Shown: piece after piece, positions 37,459 through 47,420 of the stretch | How the letters are laid out: each line of letters begins with the position of its first letter | Position numbering within the stretch: the stretch's first letter is position 1 | NCBI GenBank assembly: GCA_964537975.1 | Contig: CAZIDP010000002.1 | Span: 141,529 to 205,528, forward strand | DNA length: 64,000 nucleotides | Source: an uncultured Nitrospirales bacterium | GTDB taxonomy: Bacteria; Hydrogenedentota; Hydrogenedentia; Hydrogenedentales; SCBR16-9 | Reading direction: 5' to 3' | Notes under the pieces: generated by a model | Databases searched by the model: none | Told to the model about the DNA's origin: nothing | What the model saw: the letters and a program-made list of their open reading frames with translations, nothing else | Position numbers and translations under genes: made by a program

Positions 37459-38355
37459 ATGAAAGGTAATGGTATGAAAACAAGCGTAAGCAGATTTTGT
37501 ATGGGTGTGGTAATGCTGTTTTGCAGTACTGCATATTCCAATGTGGAGGAAAGTGGAATGCAACTGTCGGTTATGTCATTCAATATTCGGTATGGTACCG
37601 CGAATGATGGTGATAATTCATGGCCAAACAGGAAAGACCTGGTTATCGATATGCTTCGTCAATACAATCCTGATGTGTTGGGTACACAGGAGATTCTTGA
37701 TTTCCAGGTAGAATATCTGGCGAATAAATTGCCGGAATATGCCTGGGTCGGAGTTGGCCGACATACAGATGGTACTGGTGAAATGGTTGCCGTTTTTTAC
37801 AAGAAATCATTGTTCAATCTTCTTGGGCATGGTCATTTCTGGTTGTCGGAAACACCAGACGTTCCCGGTTCAAAATCCTGGGACACAAGTTTAACCCGTA
37901 TGGTTACTTGGCTTTTATTACAACCTATCGGCTCTGATGAAAAAATACTTTTAATTAACACCCATTTTGACCACCGTGGTGAAGAAGCCAGGAGTGAAAG
38001 TGCGAAACTGATGGTTGAAATGGCTTCCTCATTGACAGATGGCCACACGACGGTAATCATCACAGGAGATTTTAACGCGAAAGCAGAAGTATCTGATCCC
38101 TGGCAAACTTTTATTAATGCAGGTTATCTGGATACCAGGCTTGAAGTAGACAAGCCTGTCGGTCCAAATACAACTTGGAGTGCGTTTAAAGCTCCTGAAC
38201 ATGAAGCTGACAGCAGGATTGACTGGATTCTTTACAAAGGTGCGCATCAGACACTACATTGTGAAACAGTCTTATATAACATCGACGACAAATACCCCTC
38301 GGATCACTATCCAGTTTTCGCAATATTGCAGTCTTGTGCGCCTGAAAATTTATGA
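37459..38355 (+). CDS. endonuclease/exonuclease/phosphatase (EEP) family protein, secreted
   Basis: Signal peptide; SFNIRYGT...TQE...TGDFN...SDHYPV are the EEP catalytic motifs. Confidence 0.75.
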   Translation: MKGNGMKTSVSRFCMGVVMLFCSTAYSNVEESGMQLSVMSFNIRYGTANDGDNSWPNRKDLVIDMLRQYNPDVLGTQEILDFQVEYLANKLPEYAWVGVGRHTDGTGEMVAVFYKKSLFNLLGHGHFWLSETPDVPGSKSWDTSLTRMVTWLLLQPIGSDEKILLINTHFDHRGEEARSESAKLMVEMASSLTDGHTTVIITGDFNAKAEVSDPWQTFINAGYLDTRLEVDKPVGPNTTWSAFKAPEHEADSRIDWILYKGAHQTLHCETVLYNIDDKYPSDHYPVFAILQSCAPENL

Positions 38356-38535
38356 TTGCAACGAGAAAAATTGCAGATTTTTGTGACTGGAATTCCTGCG
38401 TATATTTGATTTAATAGATTTTTTCCATCAAATTTTTACCTTACATAAATCATTGGAAATAAAGACGTTACATGATTTATTATGCTGCTCAATTTCTGTA
38501 AGAGAATTTTTTCTATAAATTTATTGTTAAAATGC

Positions 38536-38565
38536 TTGACAAACTTTGATATGATGTGGTAAAAG
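38536..38565 (+). promoter_or_regulatory. sigma70-like promoter candidate for the Cys-rich micro-ORF
   Basis: TTGACA (38536-41), an 18-nt spacer, then TGgTAAAAG (extended -10-like), about 85 nt upstream of ATG 38649. Confidence 0.35.
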
Positions 38566-38648
38566 CATCGTTGTAAACGAGCTCGCCACGCTATTTCTTT
38601 TTCTTTCAACCCTTGTAAAATTCTCTCTCAGAAAGGCAGGTGAATACT

Positions 38649-38783
38649 ATGCAGTGCACCTTGTGCAATGAGCACATCAACGACAATGACATGTCTTTTG
38701 GCGATGCCATCGAAGTTGAAGGTGAATACTGGCACACAGATTGTTACGAAGAGTACCACGAGGAAATCCTCGAAACGGTATAA
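38649..38783 (+). CDS. 44-aa Cys/His-rich micro-protein (CxxC...HxxC, zinc-ribbon/half-LIM-like); not in the ORF track
   Basis: MQCTLCNEHINDNDMSFGDAIEVEGEYWHTDCYEEYHEEILETV. RBS-like AGGCAGGTG upstream; own promoter-like element upstream and hairpin terminator downstream. Confidence 0.45.
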   Translation: MQCTLCNEHINDNDMSFGDAIEVEGEYWHTDCYEEYHEEILETV

Positions 38784-38839
38784 AACCGAATTTCCTTCGT
38801 AAAATCAATCAACAAACCATATTGTCACTTTCGTATGAT

Positions 38840-38880
38840 ACCCCGGGAACATTTTCAGGTTCCGGGGTATTTTACTTTGA
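38840..38880 (+). terminator. rho-independent terminator after micro-ORF
   Basis: accccgggaac-attttcag-gttccggggt stem followed by attttactttg. Confidence 0.6.
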
Positions 38881-39241
38881 AGCAAATTGCAATAATAATT
38901 TATTGGATAGGGGGTGTATACTCCCAGAATGCATCCGATGAGTTACTGAGCAATTATTGCTCGAAGCTGCGAAATGTTGATTAGGTATGCTACAATTTGC
39001 ATCTTACTGTCTGAGGGCAATCAGCGTATTTTTTTAGAATTTTGTTAAAAAATTGTTTTGATGTGATATCACTGTTGGTATACATCAAATTTTCATTGTG
39101 CGATTGGCTAAATTTATTTCTGACAATGCATGATTGGCTTCCAATTATTAATTATTGTGTTGGAGACCAGGTTGCGTAATACGATGTATTGTTTTACCGA
39201 CCACGTCTGTTCCGCACACCAAAATCAGGGGTGCTTGAATT

Positions 39242-40225
39242 ATGATTCGAAAACGTTCCACATCGGGAGGCGACACGATTCTCCCTTTCGAAAAAGAACT
39301 GTATGATATTGAAGAAGAACTGAAAAATGCCGAGGACCCTGAGCAACGTTCTGTGCTTCTGCAAAAAAAATCGGCTGCACGTGAAAGGATTTATCGGGAT
39401 ATTACACCCTGGGAAAGAATACTGTTGGCACGACATCCACAAAGACCGCGTATGCTTGATTTCACGCAACGCATTTTTGAGGATTTTATCGAGTTACATG
39501 GTGACCGGGCCGTTGGCGACGATGCTGCTGTTATCTGCGGTATAGCGCGATTTAAAGGAGAAACCGTTTTTGTTGCTGGACAACAAAAAGGCATCAATAC
39601 TGATGAAAAAGTAATGCGAAATTTTGGTATGGCTCATCCCCAGGGCTACCGCAAAGCCATGCGTATTTTTAATCTGGCAGAACGGCTGGGGTTTCCTGTC
39701 ATAACTTTTGTTGATACACCGGCAGCACACCCAGGAATCGATGCTGAACGTTACGGTCAGGGGCCGATCATAGCGCAAAGCTTGCTTTCTATGCTGAACC
39801 TTAATACACCCATTTTAACAATTGTATTAAGCGAGGGTGGTAGTGGTGGTGCCTTGGCCGTAGCTGTAGGTGATTGGGTGGCAATGTTTGAATATGCAAT
39901 GTATGTTATTTGTCCACCAGAACGATGCGCGGAAATATTATGGCGTGATGTTGATAAAAAGGAACTTGCGGCATCTGCGATGCGGGTATCCGCTCCAGAA
40001 CTCAAGGAACTGGGTGCTATTGATAAAATCTTACCCGAATTGGAAGGGGCTCACAGAAACCCGGACGCAGCAGCAAAAGTAGTGGCAGATGAAATTTCCT
40101 TTTTCCTGGATGCTTGTAAAGAAAACCGTTGGAGTCGTGTAAACCGTCAAGAAAAATTTCGTAATATGGGTATGTGGGAAGACATGCCACAGGAAACCAC
40201 CAATGGTAATAGTTCGATTGTTTAA
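39242..40225 (+). CDS. accA: acetyl-CoA carboxylase carboxyltransferase alpha subunit
   Basis: LDFEKPI-like N-terminus (LPFEKELYDIEEEL), ARHPQRP, and GGSGGALA oxyanion region. Confidence 0.9.
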   Translation: MIRKRSTSGGDTILPFEKELYDIEEELKNAEDPEQRSVLLQKKSAARERIYRDITPWERILLARHPQRPRMLDFTQRIFEDFIELHGDRAVGDDAAVICGIARFKGETVFVAGQQKGINTDEKVMRNFGMAHPQGYRKAMRIFNLAERLGFPVITFVDTPAAHPGIDAERYGQGPIIAQSLLSMLNLNTPILTIVLSEGGSGGALAVAVGDWVAMFEYAMYVICPPERCAEILWRDVDKKELAASAMRVSAPELKELGAIDKILPELEGAHRNPDAAAKVVADEISFFLDACKENRWSRVNRQEKFRNMGMWEDMPQETTNGNSSIV

Positions 40226-40283
40226 TTCGAAATTTATAATCCTACTCGGTTTTTATGAAGTTTCCAAGTGAAGTTGTTATAAA

Positions 40284-40583
40284 ATGGATGAATGCAATAA
40301 TAAACTGCAAGAAAAAGAGGGGTATCTTTTACTGCAGCTCCGGGTACAACCCAAAGCTTCCAAGAACAAGATTCAGCGAGATGACCATTGGGGCTACAGG
40401 GTTTACCTTACCGCACCTCCCATTGATGGAGAGGCAAACGAAGCATTGCGAACCTTTATGTCCAAAAAACTGGGTATTCCAAAGCAATGCGTATCGTTGG
40501 TAAATGGTGAAAAATCAAGAACGAAGACAATACGAATTGATGGCATGACTATGCCAAAGCTAATTACCAGGTTGTCAGATTGA
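40284..40583 (+). CDS. DUF167 (YggU) family protein
   Basis: LQLRVQPKASKNKI...GEANEALRTFMSKKLGIPK is the DUF167 pattern. Confidence 0.7.
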   Translation: MDECNNKLQEKEGYLLLQLRVQPKASKNKIQRDDHWGYRVYLTAPPIDGEANEALRTFMSKKLGIPKQCVSLVNGEKSRTKTIRIDGMTMPKLITRLSD

Positions 40584-40627
40584 TAAACCGGATTGGGTGT
40601 ATTGTTTGATTTTGTGAAAGGCATAAT

Positions 40628-41449
40628 GTGGAATTAAGACATAAGTTAGATGAAGCAGTACAAACAATTAAAACGCAATGCCAGACAACACCTAAGATTG
40701 GTATTATTCTGGGTACTGGCTTGGGTAGTTTGTCTGATGTTATTGAAGAAGCAGTTACTATCAAATACAACAATATTCCCCATTTTCCCACCTCAACTGC
40801 TGACTCACATGCCGGTGATTTAATTCTGGGCAAGCTATCCGGTAAATCTGTTCTGGCCATGTCTGGCAGGTTCCATATGTATGAAGGCTATTCCCAAGAA
40901 CAAATAACATTCCCGATACGTGTAGCAAAAGCATTGGGTATACACACGCTCATTATTTCAAATGCGGCAGGTGGTATGAACCCATTATTTGATGTTGGCG
41001 ATTTAATGGTAATCACCGATCATATAAATTTTATGGGGGACAACCCATTGATCGGCCCTAATGATGATTCCCTTGGGCCTCGATTCCCCGATATGAGTGA
41101 ACCTTATAGTTGGGACCTAATCAAACTGGCAGAGTCACTGGCATTGGACTTGAGTTTACCATTAAAAAGAGGCGTGTATCTGGGGTGTCCTGGCCCAAGT
41201 CTGGAAACCAGAGCTGAGTATCGATTTATGCGCATGTTGGGAGCTGACGCCGTCGGTATGAGCACGGTACCTGAAGTTATCGTCGCAGTGCATGCCGGGT
41301 TAAAAGTACTGGGCTTCTCCGCGATTACAGATTCGTGTTTACCTGATGCATTACAACCGGCAAACATAAAAGCAATAATTGCCACAGCCAATGCAGTTGA
41401 GCCAAATCTTACAAAACTGGTATTGGCCTGTATAGAAAAAATGGATTAA
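40628..41449 (+). CDS. purine nucleoside phosphorylase (PNP/MTAP family, trimeric type); GTG start
   Basis: IGIILGTGLG...HAGDLILGKL...GRFHMYEGY...TNAAGG-like motifs and the MSTVPEV region. Confidence 0.8.
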   Translation: MELRHKLDEAVQTIKTQCQTTPKIGIILGTGLGSLSDVIEEAVTIKYNNIPHFPTSTADSHAGDLILGKLSGKSVLAMSGRFHMYEGYSQEQITFPIRVAKALGIHTLIISNAAGGMNPLFDVGDLMVITDHINFMGDNPLIGPNDDSLGPRFPDMSEPYSWDLIKLAESLALDLSLPLKRGVYLGCPGPSLETRAEYRFMRMLGADAVGMSTVPEVIVAVHAGLKVLGFSAITDSCLPDALQPANIKAIIATANAVEPNLTKLVLACIEKMD

Positions 41450-41581
41450 TCGTTTTATTAATTTGATTATAATTGATTATATTTATATTTTGCAGTATTG
41501 AATTCATTCATTATATTGACGTTATTAGATTTTATATTTATATTTTAAACCGTATCATACTGTTTACTGGAGAGTGCAATC

Positions 41582-42622
41582 ATGGCAGTTAAAGCTATAC
41601 GTATTATTTTTGTGCTGGGGTGTATCATCATGGGGGCTATATGGGCCAGTTACCTGATCGAAGAGCGTCTTGGAGATTCACCTGAAACAAAAACAGTACT
41701 GGTCTGGATGCTCGTTGGCAGTTGCCTGGGTGGGGGGATATCATTATTTGTGTTGGCTTTACTGCATTTTGTCACCCAGGAAATTTATGAAAAAATTGCA
41801 CCTGCATTATTCTCCATCGTTCTGGCCATTGTGATTGGTTATGGAATTGGAACGTATATTCTTCACTGGTACCCAGATGCGGATCCAACCATGCAACTGT
41901 TTGTCGTCGTATCAATGGTCTTGATTTTTGGTTTTTCCGGAATAATGTTAGGGCTGACCCGTGCATCCAATTGGAACACACTGATTTCTGCTGTCGAAAA
42001 GCATAGTGTGGAAAAAGAAGATTTGAAACTGGTCGATACGAGTGTCATCATTGATGGCAGGATTGCAGATATATGTGAAAGCGGGTTCATTACAGGCAAG
42101 TTGCTGATACCACGATTTATTCTTGCAGAGTTACAGAATATTGCTGATTCTGCGGACGTGCTCAGACGCGCAAAAGGCCGTCGTGGACTTGATATTTTGA
42201 AAGCCTTGCAGCGTGAAGACTCCAAAGTAGTTGTAGACATAATCAACGATGATCCAGAAGAAGTCCATGAAGTTGACAGCAAGTTGGTATACCTTGCCAA
42301 GAAATTCAATGCAAAAGTTCTCACCAATGATTTCAATTTAAACAAGGTCGCTCAAATTGAAGGCATTGTTGTGCTCAACATAAATGATTTGGCAAATGCG
42401 TTGAAGCCGGCTGTTTTGCCCGATGAACGCATGGAAGTAAAGTTGATCAAAGATGGCAAGGAGCCCAATCAGGGCATTGGGTACCTGGACGATGGAACCA
42501 TGATAGTTGTTGATGGTGGCCGGGAATTCATGGGGCACAAGGTTGAGGTAATCGTCACCAGTGTTTTACAAACTGCTGCCGGTCGAATGATTTTTACCAA
42601 GTTTAACTCCTTACTTTCGTGA
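41582..42622 (+). CDS. membrane PIN/TRAM-domain protein (YacL-like)
   Basis: N-terminal TM helices; PIN domain (VDTSVIIDGRI...); C-terminal TRAM-like beta barrel (GHKVEVIVTSV). Confidence 0.7.
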   Translation: MAVKAIRIIFVLGCIIMGAIWASYLIEERLGDSPETKTVLVWMLVGSCLGGGISLFVLALLHFVTQEIYEKIAPALFSIVLAIVIGYGIGTYILHWYPDADPTMQLFVVVSMVLIFGFSGIMLGLTRASNWNTLISAVEKHSVEKEDLKLVDTSVIIDGRIADICESGFITGKLLIPRFILAELQNIADSADVLRRAKGRRGLDILKALQREDSKVVVDIINDDPEEVHEVDSKLVYLAKKFNAKVLTNDFNLNKVAQIEGIVVLNINDLANALKPAVLPDERMEVKLIKDGKEPNQGIGYLDDGTMIVVDGGREFMGHKVEVIVTSVLQTAAGRMIFTKFNSLLS

Positions 42623-43308
42623 ACATTCAGGTTATTATAGCTGCGGCTGGAATGGGAGAACGTCTGGGAAATCAACTTCCCAAGGCACTGGTTCCTGTAA
42701 AAGGAATTCCCTTGCTGGTACACACGTTAAGATGTGTTGATTCAGTTGGTATTCTTGATGATGCCGTGATACTGTTTCCACCCGGTTGGCACAATGAATT
42801 TTTCTCTCTGATAAATAATTTTTTTGCAGATCGTAGTATAAATCTGGTAAAAGGAGGGAATTCCCGCCAAGCGTCTGTTGCCCTTGGACTGGAATGTATT
42901 GATGACAAGACTGATATTGTCGTTATTCACGATGCAGCACGGCCCTTTGTCTCGGCTTCTGTAATTCAGAATTCCATTGACGCTGCGGCGGTGTATGGAG
43001 CGGCCACTGTAGCCATTCCAGCCGTGGATACCATACTTGAATCTTCTCCAGAACTTTTTCTGGCAAACACTCCGGACCGGTCGCTTCTCTGGGCCTGTCA
43101 GACACCCCAATCTTTCCGCATACAAATCATTCAAGATGCACATGTATTCGCATTGAAACAGCAAATCCAAGCCACGGATGACGCTTCTCTGGTGCGTATG
43201 AGCGGAAACTTGGTAAAACTGGTCAGGGGAAATGAGTTTAATTTTAAGGTTACAACCCCAACAGACTTGCTGTTGGCAGAAGTATTGATAGAGAAAGGTA
43301 TATTATGA
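42619..43308 (+). CDS. ispD: 2-C-methyl-D-erythritol 4-phosphate cytidylyltransferase
   Basis: VIIAAAGMGERLG...PKALV...VIHDAARPF are IspD motifs. Confidence 0.85.
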   Translation: MNIQVIIAAAGMGERLGNQLPKALVPVKGIPLLVHTLRCVDSVGILDDAVILFPPGWHNEFFSLINNFFADRSINLVKGGNSRQASVALGLECIDDKTDIVVIHDAARPFVSASVIQNSIDAAAVYGAATVAIPAVDTILESSPELFLANTPDRSLLWACQTPQSFRIQIIQDAHVFALKQQIQATDDASLVRMSGNLVKLVRGNEFNFKVTTPTDLLLAEVLIEKGIL

Positions 43309-43781
43309 TGCGAGTTGGATTTGGTTACGATCTTCATCGGCTGGAGGCTGCAATCCCTATGGTACTTGGAGGTGTTAACGTACCTCATACACGCGGGCTT
43401 GTTGGCCATTCCGATGCCGATGTGCTGACACATGCTATTATAGACGCATTACTCGGTGCTGCCGCCTTGGGTAATATTGGAACATTGTTTCCTGATGATG
43501 ACCCAGCGTATGAAAATGCCAACAGTATAGAAATGTTACGCATCGCCTACAAACGGTTGCGTCAAGCTGGCTACAAGTTGGTAAATATTGACAGTACAAT
43601 TGTTGCGCAACAACCCAAATTAAGCCCATACCTTGAGGAAATTTGTGAGAGCCTGGCTGTTTGTCTGGGTGTAGACCGCAGTGCAATATCGGTAAAAGTC
43701 AAAACCAATGAGCGGGTGGGTGCTGAGGGTCGTGAAGAAGCTATTACGACTTACGCGGTTGCGTTAATTGAACGTTTGTAA
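43305..43781 (+). CDS. ispF: 2-C-methyl-D-erythritol 2,4-cyclodiphosphate synthase
   Basis: RVGFGYDLHRL...GHSDADVLTHAIIDALLGA is canonical IspF; 4-nt ATGA overlap with ispD. Confidence 0.9.
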   Translation: MMRVGFGYDLHRLEAAIPMVLGGVNVPHTRGLVGHSDADVLTHAIIDALLGAAALGNIGTLFPDDDPAYENANSIEMLRIAYKRLRQAGYKLVNIDSTIVAQQPKLSPYLEEICESLAVCLGVDRSAISVKVKTNERVGAEGREEAITTYAVALIERL

Positions 43782-43871
43782 GCTGATTTTCATTGCTCCC
43801 AGCTACTTTTACTGTCGGTTGTATTTATTAAGGGTATTACCAGTATTAAATAATCGCCTGTTATTATGGAA

Positions 43872-44654
43872 TTATTTGGATTTCTGGGTAATCGGATAAA
43901 ATTGTTCCTGGAAACCTGAGTCGTACTGATAACTGAAAGCATTGTATAGTTGCACCAGATGGAGAAGCTCGCGAAGACCTATATTCCAGGCGGGTTCCAG
44001 GTAATCACTGTCATGACGCTTGCATGTTTCGTTTTCGGCTTCACCAGCGCCAGGTGCATAATATGCCTCGGCTAAAGCATCGCAATGATATGCTGCTGCA
44101 TTGTACAGTTGGATGACTTGGAGTAATTCCGATAACGAAATAATTCTGTCTCGGTTAATATCAGCAGAATGATAGGTTGCTTCCTGATCAAGGATCAGGA
44201 TTTTCCCTGAAGTATAGATGACATCCATTTTGGAAGCATCTTGCGCGGCAGCGCTGGCTTCATAATATAGTAACCAGGATATCTCGTCAGTATCCAAGTT
44301 ATTGTTCAACTGGAGATGTAAGTAAATCAAATCGCCGGGATTTTCTAATGGTGCTCCCAGGGTTAGGATAATGACTGCATGAGAATCTTGAATTCTACTG
44401 TACGTTTCTTTTCCCAAATCAGCTAATTCGGAAGCAAAAGTAATATCAACCAGTTCTACTTCTGCCACGTCAAAGTAAAGATTCAGTACCAAGGTCCCGA
44501 CAGGTTGCGTGGTTTGCTCCAAGCGTACAGGGAGCGTGTGGATTTCTCCGGTACGGCCAGACTGCTGTGGTGTATTCAATAGAACATCAGCAGCTCCGGC
44601 ATTACCGATGATGAGCAGGAGTACCCAAAGCAATACAGCAGCTTGATTATGCAT
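43872..44654 (-). CDS. secreted hypothetical protein with two dockerin/EF-hand-like repeats
   Basis: Signal peptide. Internal repeats ADINRDRIISLSELLQVIQLYNAAAY and NIGLRELLHLVQLYNAFSY. N-terminal beta-rich region. Confidence 0.5.
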   Translation of the reverse strand: MHNQAAVLLWVLLLIIGNAGAADVLLNTPQQSGRTGEIHTLPVRLEQTTQPVGTLVLNLYFDVAEVELVDITFASELADLGKETYSRIQDSHAVIILTLGAPLENPGDLIYLHLQLNNNLDTDEISWLLYYEASAAAQDASKMDVIYTSGKILILDQEATYHSADINRDRIISLSELLQVIQLYNAAAYHCDALAEAYYAPGAGEAENETCKRHDSDYLEPAWNIGLRELLHLVQLYNAFSYQYDSGFQEQFYPITQKSK

Positions 44655-44775
44655 GTTACAATATACAGAATTTAACCTGGTTGCCATGTAATGAAGTTCC
44701 CCGATATCCTGAAACGCATTTCTACCTGGTCAACAATCTTGGTAATCAAACCTATAATATCGTATCACAGAAAAC

Positions 44776-45519
44776 ATGAGTAAAGAGCGACTTGACATAT
44801 TAGTTCAACGGCAGGCAGGCGTAACACGTTCCAAGGCACAAGGTTTAATACTTCTGGGGCAAGTTTTTGATACCCTGGGTACAAAGCTGAATAAGCCTGG
44901 TATACGTCTTGATGAGAATATTGCGTTGGTGATTCGGGATGGGCAACGTTATGTGAGCCGAGGTGGCGACAAGCTGGAAGCAGCCTTAAATGCTTTCAAA
45001 CCAGATATTACGGGACGAACTTGTATCGATGTCGGAGCTTCTACCGGGGGGTTTACAGACTGTTTGTTGCAACATGGAGCTGCTAAAGTCTATGCCGTTG
45101 ACGTAGGATATGGGCAGTTGACCTGGCAGTTGCGCCAGGATGAACGCGTAATTGTGCTGGAACGATGTAATATTCGCCATTTAACCCGAGACCTGCTGGG
45201 TGATATTCCAACTTTTTTTGTGGCTGACTGCTCCTTCATTTCATTAACCAAAGTATTGCCTGCCATACTCCCTTTGCTCGATGCCGATTTTTCCGGAATA
45301 GTATTGATAAAACCGCAATTTGAAGTTGGCAAAGGGCAAGTAGGAAAGGGAGGGGTGGTGCGTGACAACACCATTCAAATGGAGGTTATTGATAAATTAC
45401 GCGACTTTTGTCATGGGCTGGGATTTCAAAATTTTGATGTTATTCCATCACCGTTGTTGGGCCCTGCGGGAAACCAGGAATATTTGGCCAGTTTGCGGAA
45501 TTTCCAATCTTCTGAATGA
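44776..45519 (+). CDS. tlyA: TlyA-family rRNA 2'-O-methyltransferase (hemolysin A-like)
   Basis: S4 domain N-terminus; RGGDKLEAAL; SAM motif DVGASTGGFTD. Confidence 0.85.
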   Translation: MSKERLDILVQRQAGVTRSKAQGLILLGQVFDTLGTKLNKPGIRLDENIALVIRDGQRYVSRGGDKLEAALNAFKPDITGRTCIDVGASTGGFTDCLLQHGAAKVYAVDVGYGQLTWQLRQDERVIVLERCNIRHLTRDLLGDIPTFFVADCSFISLTKVLPAILPLLDADFSGIVLIKPQFEVGKGQVGKGGVVRDNTIQMEVIDKLRDFCHGLGFQNFDVIPSPLLGPAGNQEYLASLRNFQSSE

Positions 45520-45634
45520 TTCGCAACCATCGGCCATTTCTGATAGCATATACATACAATATTCACTGTCTAACCATTGTTTTGGGTGTTAATTACCAGG
45601 TCTGAATTTATTAATCTACAAATAAAAGTAATTC

Positions 45635-47320
45635 ATGCTCGAATTGTTACGTATCCATAATTATGCACTCATTGAAAAGCTGGAAGTTGAATTTGCTTCA
45701 GGCTTCAATGCACTCACTGGTGAAACTGGTGCTGGCAAATCAATTGTCATCGGAGCCTTGAATCTGGTATTGGGTGCCCGAGCAACGGGAAGCGTTATAC
45801 GAAAAGGCGCAAATAAAGCTCATATTGAAGCATTGTTTCGCTTAGAAACTATTTCTCCTCGCCTTGACGCATTGTTGCAACTTCATGAAATCAGTTTGGA
45901 GGATGATTGCCTGCTGTTGGCGCGCACCATTACTCAAGAAGGGCGCAGCCGGGGTTTTGCAGGCGGAAAGCTGGTTCCAATAAACGTATTGTCCGCAATG
46001 GGCGATGAGTTGGTTGATCTTCATGGCCAGCATGAACACCAGTCATTGCTGAAAACTGAACGTCAACTTGATCTGTTGGATGGGTTTGCGGATTTGGAGG
46101 TCCTGGCGCTTACTCTGGAAGATAAGGTTGAAAATTTTCGTAAAATTGAACGCAAACTTCGCTCGATAGAGCAAGATGATCGTGACAAAACACGCCAGAT
46201 GGAGTTTTTGCGGTTCGAACTAGACGAAATTAACACTGCTGCCCTTGAGCCCGATGAAGACACTCGACTAAAGGAACGCATAAATGTCATTAATAATGCT
46301 GAAAAGATATTTACTCTGGCGAACCATGTGTACACCTTGTTGTACGGTAGCGAGGACAGTGCTGCGTTAGATAATATTAATATTGCAAGTCGTGAGATGG
46401 AAGAACTTGCAGAGCTGACCCCAGAACTTGGGTATTTATCAAGCCAATTAACAGATGTCCGGGAAAGCCTTGAGTCTGTGACAGCCGAATTACGGCGCCA
46501 TACAGATATGGTTGAATTTGATGAGGAAGAGTTGGAGCAATTGAATCTCCGTCTTGCCTTAATAGGAAGTCTCAAACGAAAATATGGTACGAATATCATT
46601 GATATTCTGGCATATCGAGACCGAGCAACAGCAGAACTGAACGAATATGAACAACGCGATACACTTCTGGAGTCCTTGCGTGCTGAACACGAACAGGTAC
46701 AGAAAGAAGCGCTGGAATGCGCGAAAAGTATCAGCAAAAAACGCAACGCTGCTGCAAAACAATTGGACCGCCTGGTGAAAACAGTATTACAAGATTTAGG
46801 CATGAAGGGTGCTCATTTTGAAACACAATTTGAAACAGGGAACCTGACTGTTCGGGGCATAGATAAAATAGCGTTTATGCTTGCTGCAAATAAAGGTGAA
46901 TCGTTGTTACCTTTAAAACAAGTGGCATCAGGGGGAGAGGTGTCTCGCATAATGTTGGCCTTGAAAACAGCTTTTTCTCAAGCGGATACAATCCCAACAC
47001 TCATCTTTGATGAAATTGATTCTGGTGTGGGGGGGGCTATCGCTCGAAAGGTCGCAGACAAACTAGACGAACTGGCAAGATCACATCAAATAATATGTAT
47101 TACACACATCCCGCAAATTGCTGCTCTGGCAAAAGCCCATTATAGAGTGGAAAAACAAAGTATTGGTAACCGTACAACGACACAAGTTGTTGCCGTGGAG
47201 GCTACTAGTCGCGTAGAAGAAATTGCGCGGCTATTGGATGGAACCTTGTCTGAAGTGAGTCTGGAGCATGCACGCGTATTGCTGGATATGCCTGGTGGTA
47301 AGAAAAAATCCGTCTTGTAA
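45635..47320 (+). CDS. recN: DNA repair protein RecN
   Basis: MLELLRIHNYALIEKLEVEF...LTGETGAGKSI Walker A; C-terminal SGGE signature and DEIDSGVGG. Confidence 0.9.
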   Translation: MLELLRIHNYALIEKLEVEFASGFNALTGETGAGKSIVIGALNLVLGARATGSVIRKGANKAHIEALFRLETISPRLDALLQLHEISLEDDCLLLARTITQEGRSRGFAGGKLVPINVLSAMGDELVDLHGQHEHQSLLKTERQLDLLDGFADLEVLALTLEDKVENFRKIERKLRSIEQDDRDKTRQMEFLRFELDEINTAALEPDEDTRLKERINVINNAEKIFTLANHVYTLLYGSEDSAALDNINIASREMEELAELTPELGYLSSQLTDVRESLESVTAELRRHTDMVEFDEEELEQLNLRLALIGSLKRKYGTNIIDILAYRDRATAELNEYEQRDTLLESLRAEHEQVQKEALECAKSISKKRNAAAKQLDRLVKTVLQDLGMKGAHFETQFETGNLTVRGIDKIAFMLAANKGESLLPLKQVASGGEVSRIMLALKTAFSQADTIPTLIFDEIDSGVGGAIARKVADKLDELARSHQIICITHIPQIAALAKAHYRVEKQSIGNRTTTQVVAVEATSRVEEIARLLDGTLSEVSLEHARVLLDMPGGKKKSVL

Positions 47321-47420
47321 AAAAATATTCAAGATGAAAGTACAGTATTTCAGTGTGTAAAAAAGCTCTTCCATAACCATTTGAATTATGCAAATATAAA
47401 TTTCCAACTGGAATCTCAAT

